A stretch of 64,000 nucleotides of DNA from Schmidtea nova (Eukaryota): contig CM097882.1 in the NCBI GenBank assembly GCA_044892505.1, positions 586,086,001-586,150,000 of the forward strand, read 5' to 3'. The translations under genes and the position numbers were made by a program. A model generated the notes under the pieces. That model was not told the origin of the DNA. It saw nothing but the letters and a program-made list of their open reading frames with translations, and ran no database searches. Shown here piece after piece: positions 11,119 through 23,960 of this stretch (position 1 is the first letter of the stretch; every line of letters starts with the position of its first letter).

Positions 11119-13259
11119 TTAACATGGTTACACATCAATTGGTGAGATCTATTTTATGCTCGATTCTATTTTCTACTATTTCTAGGGATGTTAATTGTCT
11201 GTAAAATTAAACAACCTCACTATTCTCTGTTACTCTCTCCTCCACCAAAAATGGTATAATTTCAGTGAAAAGTACTCTGCGTTAAAGAGACAATATACAT
11301 AGAGCAATATCTCGATTTGCGTAAGTTTTATACTTGTGACGGTAAATTTTTATTATCAAATTTTATTTTGCGTTGAATATGTTCGATGCTCCGTCGGTAC
11401 AATGAATGCTTTCACGGTATCCCATGAACAGATACCACCAATTTGAGATTTAATAATTTAATTCGTTTTATAGTAATACACCTTTTCGGTCTTCTTTCTA
11501 TTATTCTATAATTAAAAATATTAGTTACATATCTTTTTACTGAATTATAATTTTTAATTAGTTAAGCCGTAGATATGAGCTCAAAATTAACTAAAAAGTC
11601 TAAAAAGTTGTTTTTCTTAAAACAAAACGAAATGCTTTTTCCTATTTTGAAGCTAGAGAAAAAACAATTTAGATTTTACAAACGATTGGTCTTTTTCCGT
11701 TGACAATTAAAACAAATAGATATCGCAAAGAAATGAAAATTAAAGAGGATTGCAAATTCTGCCTATTTTAAAACAATAACAAGAAGCGTTGTCATGGAAA
11801 AATAAAGTCTTTTCTTTCAATTTGAATTGACCATCAAGTAACAGAAATAAAGTTACTAAACAAAACATTTCAGATGAACGCTATTGACTAGTAAAGTGAA
11901 TAATTGCGTCATTCAATTTATTTATTTTTTTAGATTTAGAAATATTTTTACACACCCCTAACCTAACTACAGAACTCATCATCCCCATGCAATTATTATT
12001 TCAAACCCTTATTACAACACTTCAACATTTTGTCTTATATTGACAACATATCTTGTAATTTGTAAGATCTTTAACAATAAATTTATTAGAGAAATCTATG
12101 GAAATTTATGAAGGGAAAATAAACATTTGTGTAGTGCAATTAGTTTATAAATTTCTCTTTTTAATTAATTAATTTATTAAATAATTATTGAATGGAAGAT
12201 TTAAATAGCTTTTTTTAATATTTACTTTTTTTCCGAGATATACTTTTCAAATAAATCCAACGTGGTACAACAAGAACTAACTATTTTTAATTCAAAATCA
12301 AAAAAAGAAGTCAAATGAAATACTTTCAAATCCAAACGTCGTGACGAATCCGAGATCTGTGGAAATACCGAGTGAAAAGAAGCTATCTGAATCGAATACT
12401 TACAAACTATCTGATCTTGTCAATAACAATCATCAGTCCTTGAATACGACTATTCTTTCGTCTTCATCTCAATCATGTACTCCGATTAAAATAGCAAATT
12501 CTGACTTATTCAACCAATTTCAAAACAATCCTCAACATTTCTCGTTCTTAAACATTCCTAATGAGTTTTTGATTTTTAGTGGCTGCAATATGAGTCAGTG
12601 TGAAACCAATAAAGAATTCAACCAAAAACCATCGAATCCCAAACACAATATGTGTAATGTATAAACAATAAAGAATTCCAGCACAATCAATAAGAATCAA
12701 CGGACTAGGCTGTCAAAGATGTTATCTATGTTAATGCTGAATATACGTTATGTTTATTCGACTTATATCAAAATAATTGTTTTTCTACAATTTGGAACTG
12801 TCAGTCCAGTTTTTAATTTTGATGAAAAATTAAAATTTTAATAAAAATTTATTGTGCAAAAGCTTATTATTAATTATGTTCACATTAACGAATAAAATTA
12901 TGATAATTTTAAAACAATTAAAAGGAACTAATATTTTCCGCTCCAGCGCATTCTTCAATGTCCAAATCTGCCATTTTTGAAATAAACTGTATTTATTTTT
13001 AAAAACTCATAGTTATAAGAACATTCATAAAGGGTTATGTATTAAAACAATCAAATTTATTTATTTTATATAAATTTGATCCCCAATTTAGCTCTTCTAT
13101 ACCCCTCCCACCGTTGAATATTATAAAACAAAATATTATAATTTATTGTAATGGATTATACATAAAATAAAACGGATTATACATAGCCATTTTAAATTAC
13201 TATTTTTATTTAAATTAATTTTAATATTTTATTATTTTATTTTAGATCTTCATAATTAT

Positions 13260-13375
13260 TTTTCTGTTTCACCTTTGATCTTTTTTTATTATTAATATCA
13301 ATAATTCCCATAATGGATGACTATAGATCAAAATTTCTTTAAATAAGTACACAATATTTCGGCACAGCCTTTTTT
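13260..13375. repeat. Partial copy (one arm) of the palindromic repeat at 14760 and 59165
   Basis: Shares TTTCACCTTTGA...ATGACTATAGATCAAA...AATATTTCGGCACAGCCTTT; the hammerhead core is disrupted in this copy. Confidence 0.7.
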
Positions 13376-14759
13376 GATAAATATAGCATTTTTGTAAAGT
13401 TTATATGTAAGGAAATTTATTTTTTGTCTTTTATTTATTAAAGATTTTTGAATTCATTTTCTTCAATTTTGAAGAGTTGTGGAAATATTTTTTTAAAAAT
13501 CTATCTTAAAGCTTTAAAGTCTAAGTGAATTTAAGTTTAGTATGCATGCCATGTTTGTTTATACTGACCTACCTTTTTGTCTACTCTCCTATAATGTAAA
13601 CTTTTTATGTAACTAAGTGAATAAAAAAATAATTAACTCCAAGTAATAGTGTTCGATATTGTGGAATTAATTTGCTTATATTATGGGCGCACTTGCGTAT
13701 TTGGAAGCTAACGAATACGTGATCATCATTGGTGCCCGTATACGAACGTCCTATTATAAAAGTAATAAAACTCTCTAATAATAGCAGTCTAGCAACCAAT
13801 GCACTTCCCTTTTTGTTAAACACGACAGGAATAAGATGTAACTGAATGGCAATGTGGCATTAGTTTATGTTCACAGTTCTTGAATATTTTTATATCCATG
13901 TTCGCTGGTTCTTGGTTCCAGCTTATGTGATCAGCGTTATACGAGAAAGGCTGTCAACTATTAATAATAAGTGATGCAATGTGACCAACCGTTTCCACGA
14001 GTGTCTCTCAAAGAGTTTGGACAAACTTTACGAAACTATAAAAATATTTGGTCACATTGGAATGAATATGTGCCAACTATTCGTGGACTCTATGCCATAG
14101 CATATTGAGGCTACAGGTAAACGTTGCAAATATCTTTAAAATTTTAGCCAAGGATTAACATTTTTGTTTAAACGTTGTATATTCTTATGTTATTAATTAG
14201 TTCTTTTATGCAATATAAACACAATTGATAAGAAAGAATTTCACTTAATACAGAATTTTCACTGTACTGTAGCTTCGGCTTGGAGGCAGAGTGATAGGAT
14301 TATGGTATCTGATAAGGAACTTACTGGGTTTGATTTTGGCTGGAATCGAATTTCTTACATGGTACTCATAAGAGAAAAATAAACTCGAAACGCTTTTGAA
14401 ATTTGAAATCAAATCGAATTTCACCTTAAAAAAACCTTATTTTTATCTGTATTTTAATCTTTTAAAAGTTTTTTGTAAAATTTAATAGATTTTTTTAAAA
14501 CAGTTTTAAATTATTTATCTAGCGATTTGTCGCATTTAATAAACGATGTTACAGTATGTTTTACTGTAATAAAAATTATGAAAAAAATAAATTCCTAAAA
14601 TTCCAAATATAATGTGACGATTTAAAAAAAATTTATTTCAACTAATCTAAAAAATAACCAAATGAATATCTAGATTTTGGAAAAAATTTTAAAAGCATTT
14701 AATTATTTTTGTATAGAATGAAAACGAATGGTTATATTTAATATCGTAATTATCTTTTG

Positions 14760-14983
14760 GTTTCACCTTTGACCTCTTTTTATTTAAATCAATAATTTTC
14801 ATATTAATAATTGAATGATTATAGATCAAATTTTCTTTTCGTTGTTATGTACACGATATTTCGGCACAACCTTTATAAGTATGCACTTGATAAAGGCTGT
14901 GTCGAAATATCGTGTACCTAACAACCAAAACAAGTTTTATCTATAGTCATACAATTATTAATATGAAAATAATTGATTTAAAT
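14760..14983. repeat. Palindromic repeat (probable inverted Penelope pseudo-LTR remnant) with hammerhead motif
   Basis: Arms centred near 14880 (...GATATTTCGGCACAACCTTTAT / GATAAAGGCTGTGTCGAAATATC...); related copies at ~13260 and ~59165. Confidence 0.7.
14882..14917 (+). ncRNA. Minimal type I hammerhead ribozyme motif, U3-A8 variant
   Basis: TGCAC-TTGATAA-A-GGC-TGT-GTC-GAA-ATAT-C-GTGTA: stem I 5 bp, stem II 3 bp, palindromic stem III, AUC cleavage triplet. Confidence 0.6.
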
Positions 14984-17868
14984 CATAAGTTCTCAACCTT
15001 AATATGACCACCGCTCACTTTGAGAATATTTTTTTTCTGGAGTCCCATAATTTATTTTTACTTACCATCTGTCGTGAATCTGAAACAGCTATTGCCACGA
15101 TTATACTTTAACATTTAATTACACTGTAATATTATATAGTTGTAAGATAGTATATGACTTGTACTCTATTTCTAAGTTTAAAGAAGAATGTTTCAATGAG
15201 AGCAATTAAAACGCATTCTAAATTATATAGAGAAGTATTCTTATTAGTATTCAAAAGATATTGAATTTAAAAGTTATCTAATGAGAAGGTGGAATTTGAT
15301 GCATTTTAAAGAGTTTGTTATTATCAGGCTCGATTTTACTGAAAAACAACTGTAAGTTGCAGTGTTCAATAACATGGAGCCCATTTCTGTTTTTTAGTTA
15401 CCAACGTTGTTACAGCAATAAATCCACGTTTAGCTAAATAGGACAATGGAAATGCTATCAGAAATCGTTGAACAATCAACCATAATCCTGTGTACAGTTG
15501 CAAAATCAACTTCTACAGCCATAATTCTTAAATTTAATTTAATTTCTTCATTTTTCGTCAGTTCATTTAGTCTTTCTTCTAAATGGGACGATCCTGCTGT
15601 GTTGACATTTGGAAAAGGATCCAAAAGTCAGTCTGGTATGTCCATGTTTAAAATATCCTGGAATCATTCCTTGAAATCACTGTAGAGGTTTTCTCTGTGT
15701 TGACAGTAAACAAGCAAGTCGTCGTTCTTGAATGATACTGCTGATAAATTTGGGAAGTTATTGAATTCCGTCTGCCGATATTTCTTTTGTATAATAGCAG
15801 TTTGGGAAAAAAAGCAGCAACACTTTTTTTCGTCTTAATCATGTTTAAGTCGTTTCCTTGTATTTAGAGATTGACATTTTTAAACGATTTATACAGGTCT
15901 GTCAAGTAAGCAATATCGTTCTTTAGTGAGATGAGGTTGTCACGCAATTCTGTGTTTTTGTTACCTAGGAACTCTATCACAAACCCAAACAAATTGTAAA
16001 AGCGAGTCAAACAAGTACCTTTTGACAGCCAACGCACCTTTGTGTGAAGCAAAAAATCGGTTGAAATCTTCATCATTGGCATTGCAAAGCTGACTAAATA
16101 ATCTGTTATAGAATGAGCTCCTAATGAGTTTGTTAACTGCTCTGGTAACATATTGCAGTGATTTATGGAGGTGTTCACTCAGAGTTTTCGCAACCAAATG
16201 CTGGCGATGAATTACGCAATGCACAGCAAGCACCTCATGAACAACTTTTTAAGCACGCTATGAAGCCTTTGTGAAGCCCTGTCATAGCCGGTGCATCATC
16301 CGTTGTAACTGACAAAATATTATTAAAATGAATTTCCTTTTCGTGACAAAACTTTTCCTGTGTATTATATATGGTTTCTCCTTTTGTATCTGTTTCCAAA
16401 ATTGTAGCAAACAATAGTTCCTGACATATTTTCTCATCGTTGATGAACCTCACGTATAACAATAACAATGCTTCATTTGTTAGTAAAATTGACTCCTCAA
16501 GCTGACTTGAAAATTGACAAGTCTGCAGATGATTGCACAATAATCCTTCAATGTTTTCAGCCATCTCGTCAATTCTTATTTGCACAGACCTATTACTCAA
16601 AGGAACATTTTGGATAATATCTTCAGCTGGTTTTTGGAGCACATGGGTTATTATTTCTTTTACTGCTGGTACAATTGAATCTTCTCAAATAGTATGGGGT
16701 TTGCCTGTTTTACCAATCATCAATGAAATATTGTACAAAGCTCAAAGTCCATCATCGTCTTGCTTAGAAGCTGATGAAAAAGGTTTTGATATAGTTGGCT
16801 GAATTTCTTACTTCTTTTTCATGGCTTGAAAATCGGTCACATCTCTGTCTTCCTTATCCGGGTGTATTTTATTAAAAAGATCTTGAAGCCTAAAATACTT
16901 ATGCGCTTCCTTTGAAAATATTTCTTGACAAATAAGGAACATTGACGATGATGAATTTGCGGGTTTTACGATATATCGGTATTTAATATAATCCACACAA
17001 TACTGTCATCTCTTCTTTTTTGTTTCAGACATGGATTTTACTTTACAAATACTTGGGTAAAAGATCAACTCTTAATACCTTGTTATCAATTGTGAGCGAT
17101 AATTTTAATTAAAATAAATTGAACAATCACTGCCTTTTTTTAGGTTGGAGACATATAACACGCTTCGACAGGAAAAAGATAAACATGCAGTGACTCGTTT
17201 ATAACACTCGATGCGGAAATAAAGCGCAGGCGTTGCGTGGGGACAGGACGAGGCTGGAGCAGAGCGCGAGTCGAGGGCTACAGAACTCAGTCTTGTCTGC
17301 GAAGACACTGGGTAAGTTAAAACAAGCACAGATAATACTGTCAATTCTTACAGGATTACAAAATGCGCGTTATTTAATGAACACTTGTTATAACATAATT
17401 GCTACAAACATATTTTTTTGCTATTTTATATTAACAGGATTTAATTAACTTCACCTGTATTTATATATGAAACATTTCACGTGAAATCAGAAGTTTAAAA
17501 TCTTTTTAATTTTAATAAAAAAAAAAACTTTTCATATCATCCTATTTAATTTAGATCTGAATGTAATGGAATTTTTCAGTTCAATTTTCATTCACTTCCC
17601 GAACTACCGAAATATGTAAATTTTTGCACAAGTGATAAAAATGATTACAATACATACAATAACAAAGTTTAACCAATATTAAAGTTTAATTTGTTTTATT
17701 AGTACGTGATAAGCGTGTTTTTGTCTTTTTTAGACTATATTTTTTTACACTCTCACGCTTTCACTGTGCCTTTTCAACGCCCCCTAATTTTCTCTAGGTC
17801 TTCTACTGCTTCCCTGAAAGTCTCTAACGCCCACAAAACGGTGTTATTGCCCACGTTGAGAACCTAGG
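14984..17868 (-). mobile_element. Degenerate hAT transposon, Buster/ZBED5-like
   Basis: Imperfect TIRs CATAAGTTCTCAAC / GTTGAGAACCTAGG; perfect 8-bp TSD ATTTAAAT (14976-83, 17869-76); transposase fragments VPLSNRSVQIRIDEM, FSSQLEES, VTTDDAPAM, VHCVIHRQHL, LHTKVRWLSKG. Confidence 0.92.
15430..16996 (-). pseudogene. Fragmented Buster-type transposase
   Basis: ORF pieces 16808-16996, 16235-16642, 15961-16233, 15864-16178 and 15430-15624 carry hAT motifs in the expected order. Confidence 0.88.
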
Positions 17869-18274
17869 ATTTAAATTATATTTAATAGTTATAAAAAAAT
17901 TACCACATGAATATTAATTTTAACGTTAAAATCTTTTTAAAAATTTTATTTATCTTCATTGTGTTTTCAATAATAAATCAATGTGTAATTCTTGAAAAAG
18001 ACAAAGCCAAAAATTTGTGTTAAATAGAAAAGATTGATCTATAGTCAAAAACTGTACAAAGACAAGCTATCTCATACTGCATAATATTATGTCAATAGGT
18101 ATGAAATGTCGGATTTTCAAAATCCAAAGTTTGACATTTGATATTTTAAATAATTTAGCTCGAAAGTTATTTGTTTTTGTTTTACTGCGTAAATAGGTAA
18201 TTACTTTTTATAGCGCATATTTAAATATCTGATTATATTATAAATTGACATTCGTAGAGCAACTTTTCTAAACA

Positions 18275-18499
18275 ATGGATATTTCAAAAATTCGTGTTAT
18301 TTTTGAATGCGAGTTCCGTCGTGGGTCTAATGCAAGGCAAACGGTACGAAATATGAGTGATGTGTTTAGGAGCAAGGTCGTCAATGAACGAATGGTGCAG
18401 AGATGGTTTCAGAAGTTCTGCGCAGGAGATTTCTGTCTTCAAAATACGCCACGTGGGAAACCTGAGACGAAGGTGAATCAAACTGAACTGAAATGTTGA
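18275..18499 (+). pseudogene. Mariner transposase N-terminal HTH fragment
   Basis: IRVIFECEFRRGSNARQTVRNMSDVF...VQRWFQKF...RGKP resembles the Mos1-type HTH; truncated by a stop. Confidence 0.8.
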
Positions 18500-18890
18500 T
18501 CGTTGATTTTTAAGCTCTCGCATTTTTACAGTGAATCTTAGTTTTTTTCGAATAGCGAATTTCAATTGTACAGAAAATTTTACTCATTACCATAATCATA
18601 ATGATTAAATGTTGTCGAGCAGAATTTAGAGAGCTTGGGTAATTAAAATAAAGTATATAAAACTTAATCGGTTGGCTTCAACTTACGGCAATGTACTTGT
18701 TAAAAAAGTATTCTAAATACAAATATTCAAGAGGCACCTAAAAAGATTTTTGTTACATAGCATCTAAAAAACGGAGTCCATTAGTTCACTCATTATCAGG
18801 GATACCATCTTTGAGATTTAAATATGCGGGACAAAATCTCGAAATTGAAATAAAGAAAAAAACACATAATTTGAATATTTCAAATATTAA

Positions 18891-18942
<52 letters not shown>

Positions 18943-20924
18943 ATATTTATTATAGTCACAAATAATGAAAAGATAAAATAAAAAAAAATTATAAAAAACT
19001 AAATAATAAAAAAATATATGCTTAATGAAAAATAAACAAATTAACAAAACATAACGAAACAGAAAAAAAGGAATACAACTGACGAATGTACTTTAATATA
19101 CATTAATAATATTTAATTAAATTTTTACCTATTAAATGTTTACTTGAATACATAAATATAACCTCATCTTCAAACTATGATTTTGACAGATTATTACATA
19201 ACAGGTTAATTTAATTAATTCTATAATATCCAATTATTTCTTATAATACCATTGTTATTATTTCTGTTATTATTTCCTAAAGTTACAGTAAGAAAATAAA
19301 CAGAAAGAAAAACATAGATTTGTAAACCTTTTGCTGTTTAATTAAAAATTATATTTTTCATAGGAAAATGTTTTTATTTCGTGATGAATTTTGTCTTGAA
19401 TAACTGTACGCTAATGATAAGACATCATCACATGGACATAGTATAGATATTAATTTCATGTAATATAGGGTTTATCATTTGATAGAATGACCTTTCGCAT
19501 TAGATAATGTTAATATTTCATTTTTTAGTATTATTTGTGAATTGTGATAATTTATTTATAATTTTGTTTAGATGAATTTTAATACTAAATAAAATAAGTA
19601 TAATTGACAAAACACCAAAGGATAAGGTATATACATATGTCACTGGGTTTTCATAAGCTAGAGAAATGAGTTCAGTTAATTTATGTATTTTTTCCCGTTT
19701 GTATAGTTGAAAAATTTTAAGCATAAAATATTTTTAGAGGATTCTGACATACTAGAACATTTTTTTAGTCTTACAAAAATTAATACTATAATTATTAAAT
19801 TTTAAAAAAATCAAACGTGAAACCAAAAGATACTGATAATAAATATTTCCTTATTGTATAAAAAAATAATGGACGTGACTAGTGGCGTAGTTAGGCTTTG
19901 ACCACCCTGACGACTTCTGAGTTTGTTTCCAGTCTCAAATACACATAATATGTATTTAGACACAGAAATGATGCAAAGTAATTTTGAGTCCCTAGTCCAA
20001 GCTTATTAGTGAGCCCTTTCAAACTAGTTGAAGGGGCTATGAAATTATTATCGGTTCATTAGGTAAAAATTAAAAAAACGAGTTTATATTTACTGTCACC
20101 TGAAATTTGTATCTTTTATGGTTTTCTGGCACTGTTGAGTTAGAAAGTCAAAACGACACAAAACGAAAATATTAAGGAAGCTTAAATTTAATTTCACTAT
20201 TTTATATTTACATCTATTTTGCTTTCTTTTTGAAAAAGTCGTCGATGTCTGTGAAATGGCGTTCTATAGAAAGTTTAGAAATTTTATTAACCATAGGGTA
20301 CTCCTTATAGATTTTAAATAATTTTTGACTAGTTTTAGTTTAAAAAAACTTCTCCAGCAGCTAGCAACATTAACAGAATTTGGAAAGGAAATGCACAGTT
20401 GTATTTCAATATTTAAAAATCTTATTTACATTTCAGTATCTTCTTCAATCCCTTCCAATCCGTCCTTTTTGACTACAATATGGAATAGGACACTTTTTTC
20501 TAATAGGTATATAGGTAGATACTTTGACTCACTGCGATGTGAAAGGAGAGAAGATTTATTCTTTAGTCGAAATTACATTTTCAGTCAAATATATTATTTT
20601 TTGTTCTAAAATTACTTAGGTGCTCAGGGTTAGCGTGCTTGTACAATGAACGCTTCAGGGTTCAAAGGGTTAATTTTGGACTTCATTTATATTTTTCCTT
20701 ATATTTTGGCTACCTCCGTTTGATGATTTCCAAAGTTAGTCAATCTGATTTTTTCTTTAGTTTTTACATAAAAATTCATAACTTATTATAACTACCAGCA
20801 CACCAAAATGGCAGATTTTATATTTATATTTATTAACACTTTAAACGGATTGCTATAAGATTTTTATGATGAATTTTAATTAGACATTAAAAACATTAAT
20901 AAAAACACGAAATCGCCAAACAAT

Positions 20925-20963
20925 AGAAATATATTTCAAGGACATAGTCCTCATCATCAGTCT
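20925..20963 (-). ncRNA. Minimal type I hammerhead ribozyme motif
   Basis: AGA-CTGATGA-T-GAGGAC-TAT-GTCCTT-GAA-ATATAT-T-TCT: canonical core, 6-bp stem II, palindromic stem III, 3-bp stem I. Confidence 0.7.
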
Positions 20964-21122
20964 GCCATCATAATCTAAATCAAATGTTATATACGGAAAC
21001 AGTAATGACGTAATGGCTATGATTTAATGAGTTAATTAAATAATCTCAATAAATTTGTTTTTATTAATTTTGATTAAAGTACATAAATTATTTTGGATGT
21101 AGGTGTGATAAAGCTGAGTATA

Positions 21123-22380
21123 AGTGGTGTGCCCAATAAGTTGTGAGACTAATATAGAAATAATAATAGTAAAAGATTGATACAGACATATTTAAACTTC
21201 AACATTTATAGGTAAAAAAATGTATTTTGTTTTAATAATACATTATTGTTTAAGTATATTTTTGCGAACATTCGAAAAATGCCTCTGGAAACTATCCAAT
21301 ACCGCAGCGTTATTCGCTTTCTCTTTCTGAAAGGAAAAAATAGAGAAGAGGTTCTTTCTGAACTGAAAACTGTTTACCAACAAGAGTGCCCATCTACAGC
21401 AACAATTTATCGTTGGTTCAATTACTTTCAGAGTGGTAGAACCTCCATGGTGGACGAAGAAAGATCTGGAAGACCCTCAGAAATTGATGAAAAAATAACG
21501 CAAAAGCTGCAGACAATCGTGCAAAACGAGAGAAAAATAACGACGAGAGAGCTCACAACTCGTCTAAATGTGATCAAAGGCACTGTGCATACTCTCCTCA
21601 CTGAAAGTGGTATTCGAAAACTATGTTCCCGTTTTGTGCCACGCTTCTTAACGGTGGAAATGCGACAACGACGCTTGGAATGCTGCTTGGAGAATCTGCA
21701 GATCAGGACCAATGTTGGAGACCGTTTCATTCATAATATCATCACTGTGGACGAGACACTGTTGTCCCTTTATGTCCCCGAATCTAAAAGAGAGTCTCAA
21801 GAATGGAAACTGCCAGGTGAAAGCAGCTCACTGAAAATGCGGTCCTCAACTTGCCACTGAAAGGCTCTCATGCTGACAGGTGTTTTGCTGAATCCGGCGT
21901 GAAGATCAATAGTTCTTACTACTCCAACATCGTGCAGTAAGCAAGGAAGGAATGACGCAAGATCAGAGTGTGTGATCTCTATTGTTTACACGATAATGCT
22001 CCCATCCACACAAACAGCGTTTCCATGGCTAAAATTGAGCGTTGCTGGCTCAATTTGCTTCCCCGTCCACCATACAGCCCCGATTTGGCTACCTCTGTTT
22101 TTTCCTGTTTAACCATCTTAAGAAGCATCTTCGGGGCCAGGTGTTTGCCAACAAACATGATTTGAGAGCAGCCGTGAAGAGTTTTCTAGGAGAAAAGCCT
22201 CCAGAATTCTTCAAAAACGCCTTCGAAAACCTCGTTATTCACTGGGAAAATTGTGTCAGTGCAGAAGGAAATTATTTTGAGAAATGATGCCTATTTACCA
22301 TGCTTGTTCTAAATACAAAGTTTTGTGTTGATATCTTAAGTCTTTCTATTTTAGTCTCACGACTTATTGGGTGCACCACG
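21123..22380 (+). mobile_element. Full-length defective mariner element
   Basis: ~38-bp TIRs (AGTGGTGTGCCCAATAAG...GAGACTAATATAGAAA and its inverse), TA flanks; transposase pieces TVDET, LHDNAP, YSPDLA, EGNYFEK with frameshifts. Confidence 0.93.
21279..22287 (+). pseudogene. Mariner transposase, frameshifted
   Basis: ORFs 21246-21860, 21968-22165 and 22042-22287; the third catalytic Asp region reads ATSVF instead of APSDF. Confidence 0.9.
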
Positions 22381-23381
22381 TACAATCAACTCTGACAGTC
22401 CAAGTGTTAAATTTTGATTTATCCTTTACGTATAAAACATTAAATTGGTGATTTCTTGATAGAAACATTAATTAAATATTAAATAGTTAATAAATAACAA
22501 AATAAGCCATTGCTGTAAAATGGTAGATGGATGTTGTCAAGTCGTTGGATAAACGTTTGATTCTTTACAACTACGTAGGAAGTATTTTTGGCTGTATAAC
22601 TTTGCCAACTTCTCTCGGATTCTAACTATATTAGCTTGTTTCAGGCTTTTGAAAGCATAAAATGGTAATTTTTTAGTAGCATCTTTAATTAAAGGCTAAT
22701 TTTGTTATTTATTAATTATTTGACATATAAATATAATCACTAAAGTCTTTAACCTTCTTTGCCATTGATTTTTCCATTTTCTTGATTTTCATTTTAGTAG
22801 ACTATCGGATATCAATGGCTTATATTTAACACAAATTTTCGGTTCTGTCTTTATAAACCGTTAAACAAAAACTATTAAATGAAAGTCGAAAAAAGAAATG
22901 AAAGAGTTAGATTTTAAATTGATAAAATTATATTTAAGTTTATATATTAAAATGAGATTGAGCAAAATATGACATTGTTGCAAAAGATTCTACTGAAACA
23001 AATTAAATTGAAATTATTTTCTCAATAGCATTAAAAATATGCCATTTATAGTCCCAAGGGGTTCAGAAAGCCTAGCTTGTCGATGATGACAAACTTTCAG
23101 AAAATGATTAACTATTTCGTTATTCATAAAAGGGAAATATTTCTAGGGGTGAGAATCACTATTTGGACATTGGGAGTTTCACTGAATTGAATATTAAGTT
23201 CAATGTCATCGAAGAAAATATTGCAAAAGATAATAATATACAAAAGTCTTTAAAAGGTTAGAATTAGTAATAGTAAATAAAAATACTAAATAAATAAAAA
23301 AACTTAATTTATCAAATAATTTTTTAAATATTTTAATTTTAATTTAATTTTAATTTAATCTATCTAAAGAATAAGTCTTAA

Positions 23382-23623
23382 CCCTTCGCTGCATCGTGTA
23401 TCAAATTTGTTACATTGCCAAAAGTTAGTGTTAAAACGTCCTTTAAAAAATATAAGGATAACCTTTGCATGTTGTTGCAAATTTGATACATAAGTATTTT
23501 CTTGATTTTTCCTTGTTAAAAGTTTTTCATTATTTTTTTAATTATTTTTCTTCTAATGTTTAGAGTAAGATACAATAGAAATGATTTTTTTTACTAAAAA
23601 TAAAAAAGTCATGCAATGAAGGG
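23382..23623. mobile_element. piggyBac-type MITE
   Basis: TTAA flanks (23378-81, 23624-27); TIRs CCCTTCGCTGCAT / ATGCAATGAAGGG; internal inverted GTATCAAATTTG. Confidence 0.82.
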
Positions 23624-23814
23624 TTAATTTGTTTAATTAATTAATATTAAATCAGAATTCAGGAGAAAGAAAATATCCGGCAAAAAGTAATAAGCCAATT
23701 AGAAAGGATTTCGTATTGGAGTGGTCAGGATCTTTTTAAGATCGGAATATTTTACTTAATAAACATTGCGGAGAAAGTTTTAACACTAATACCTTATTAT
23801 TATATTTTAATAAA

Positions 23815-23960
23815 CTCTGCTAACGACAAAACGATTTGTATTTATACTTTCAATCTGAGCCAGATTAACGCCGTCTTCAAAATAGCTACGGATAAGAATT
23901 TAAAAATTTTAATTAAAAGTGAGATTTATTCTTGAGAAATTCATAAAAAGAGCTTTTTAT
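23815..23960. repeat. Dispersed repeat with an inverted copy at ~63580-63730
   Basis: Shared CAATCTGAGCC(C)AGATTAACG(C/T)CGTCTTCAAAATAGCTACGGATAA and AAAGTGAGATTTATTCTTGAGAAAT. Confidence 0.75.

Noticed and set aside
12341-12664. 107-aa S/N-rich ORF as a host exon
   Set aside because: GTG start, no recognisable domain and no clear splice context.
22500-22700. Possible Penelope N-terminal fragment (FLRSCKESNVYP, minus strand)
   Set aside because: Too short and weak to support without a search.
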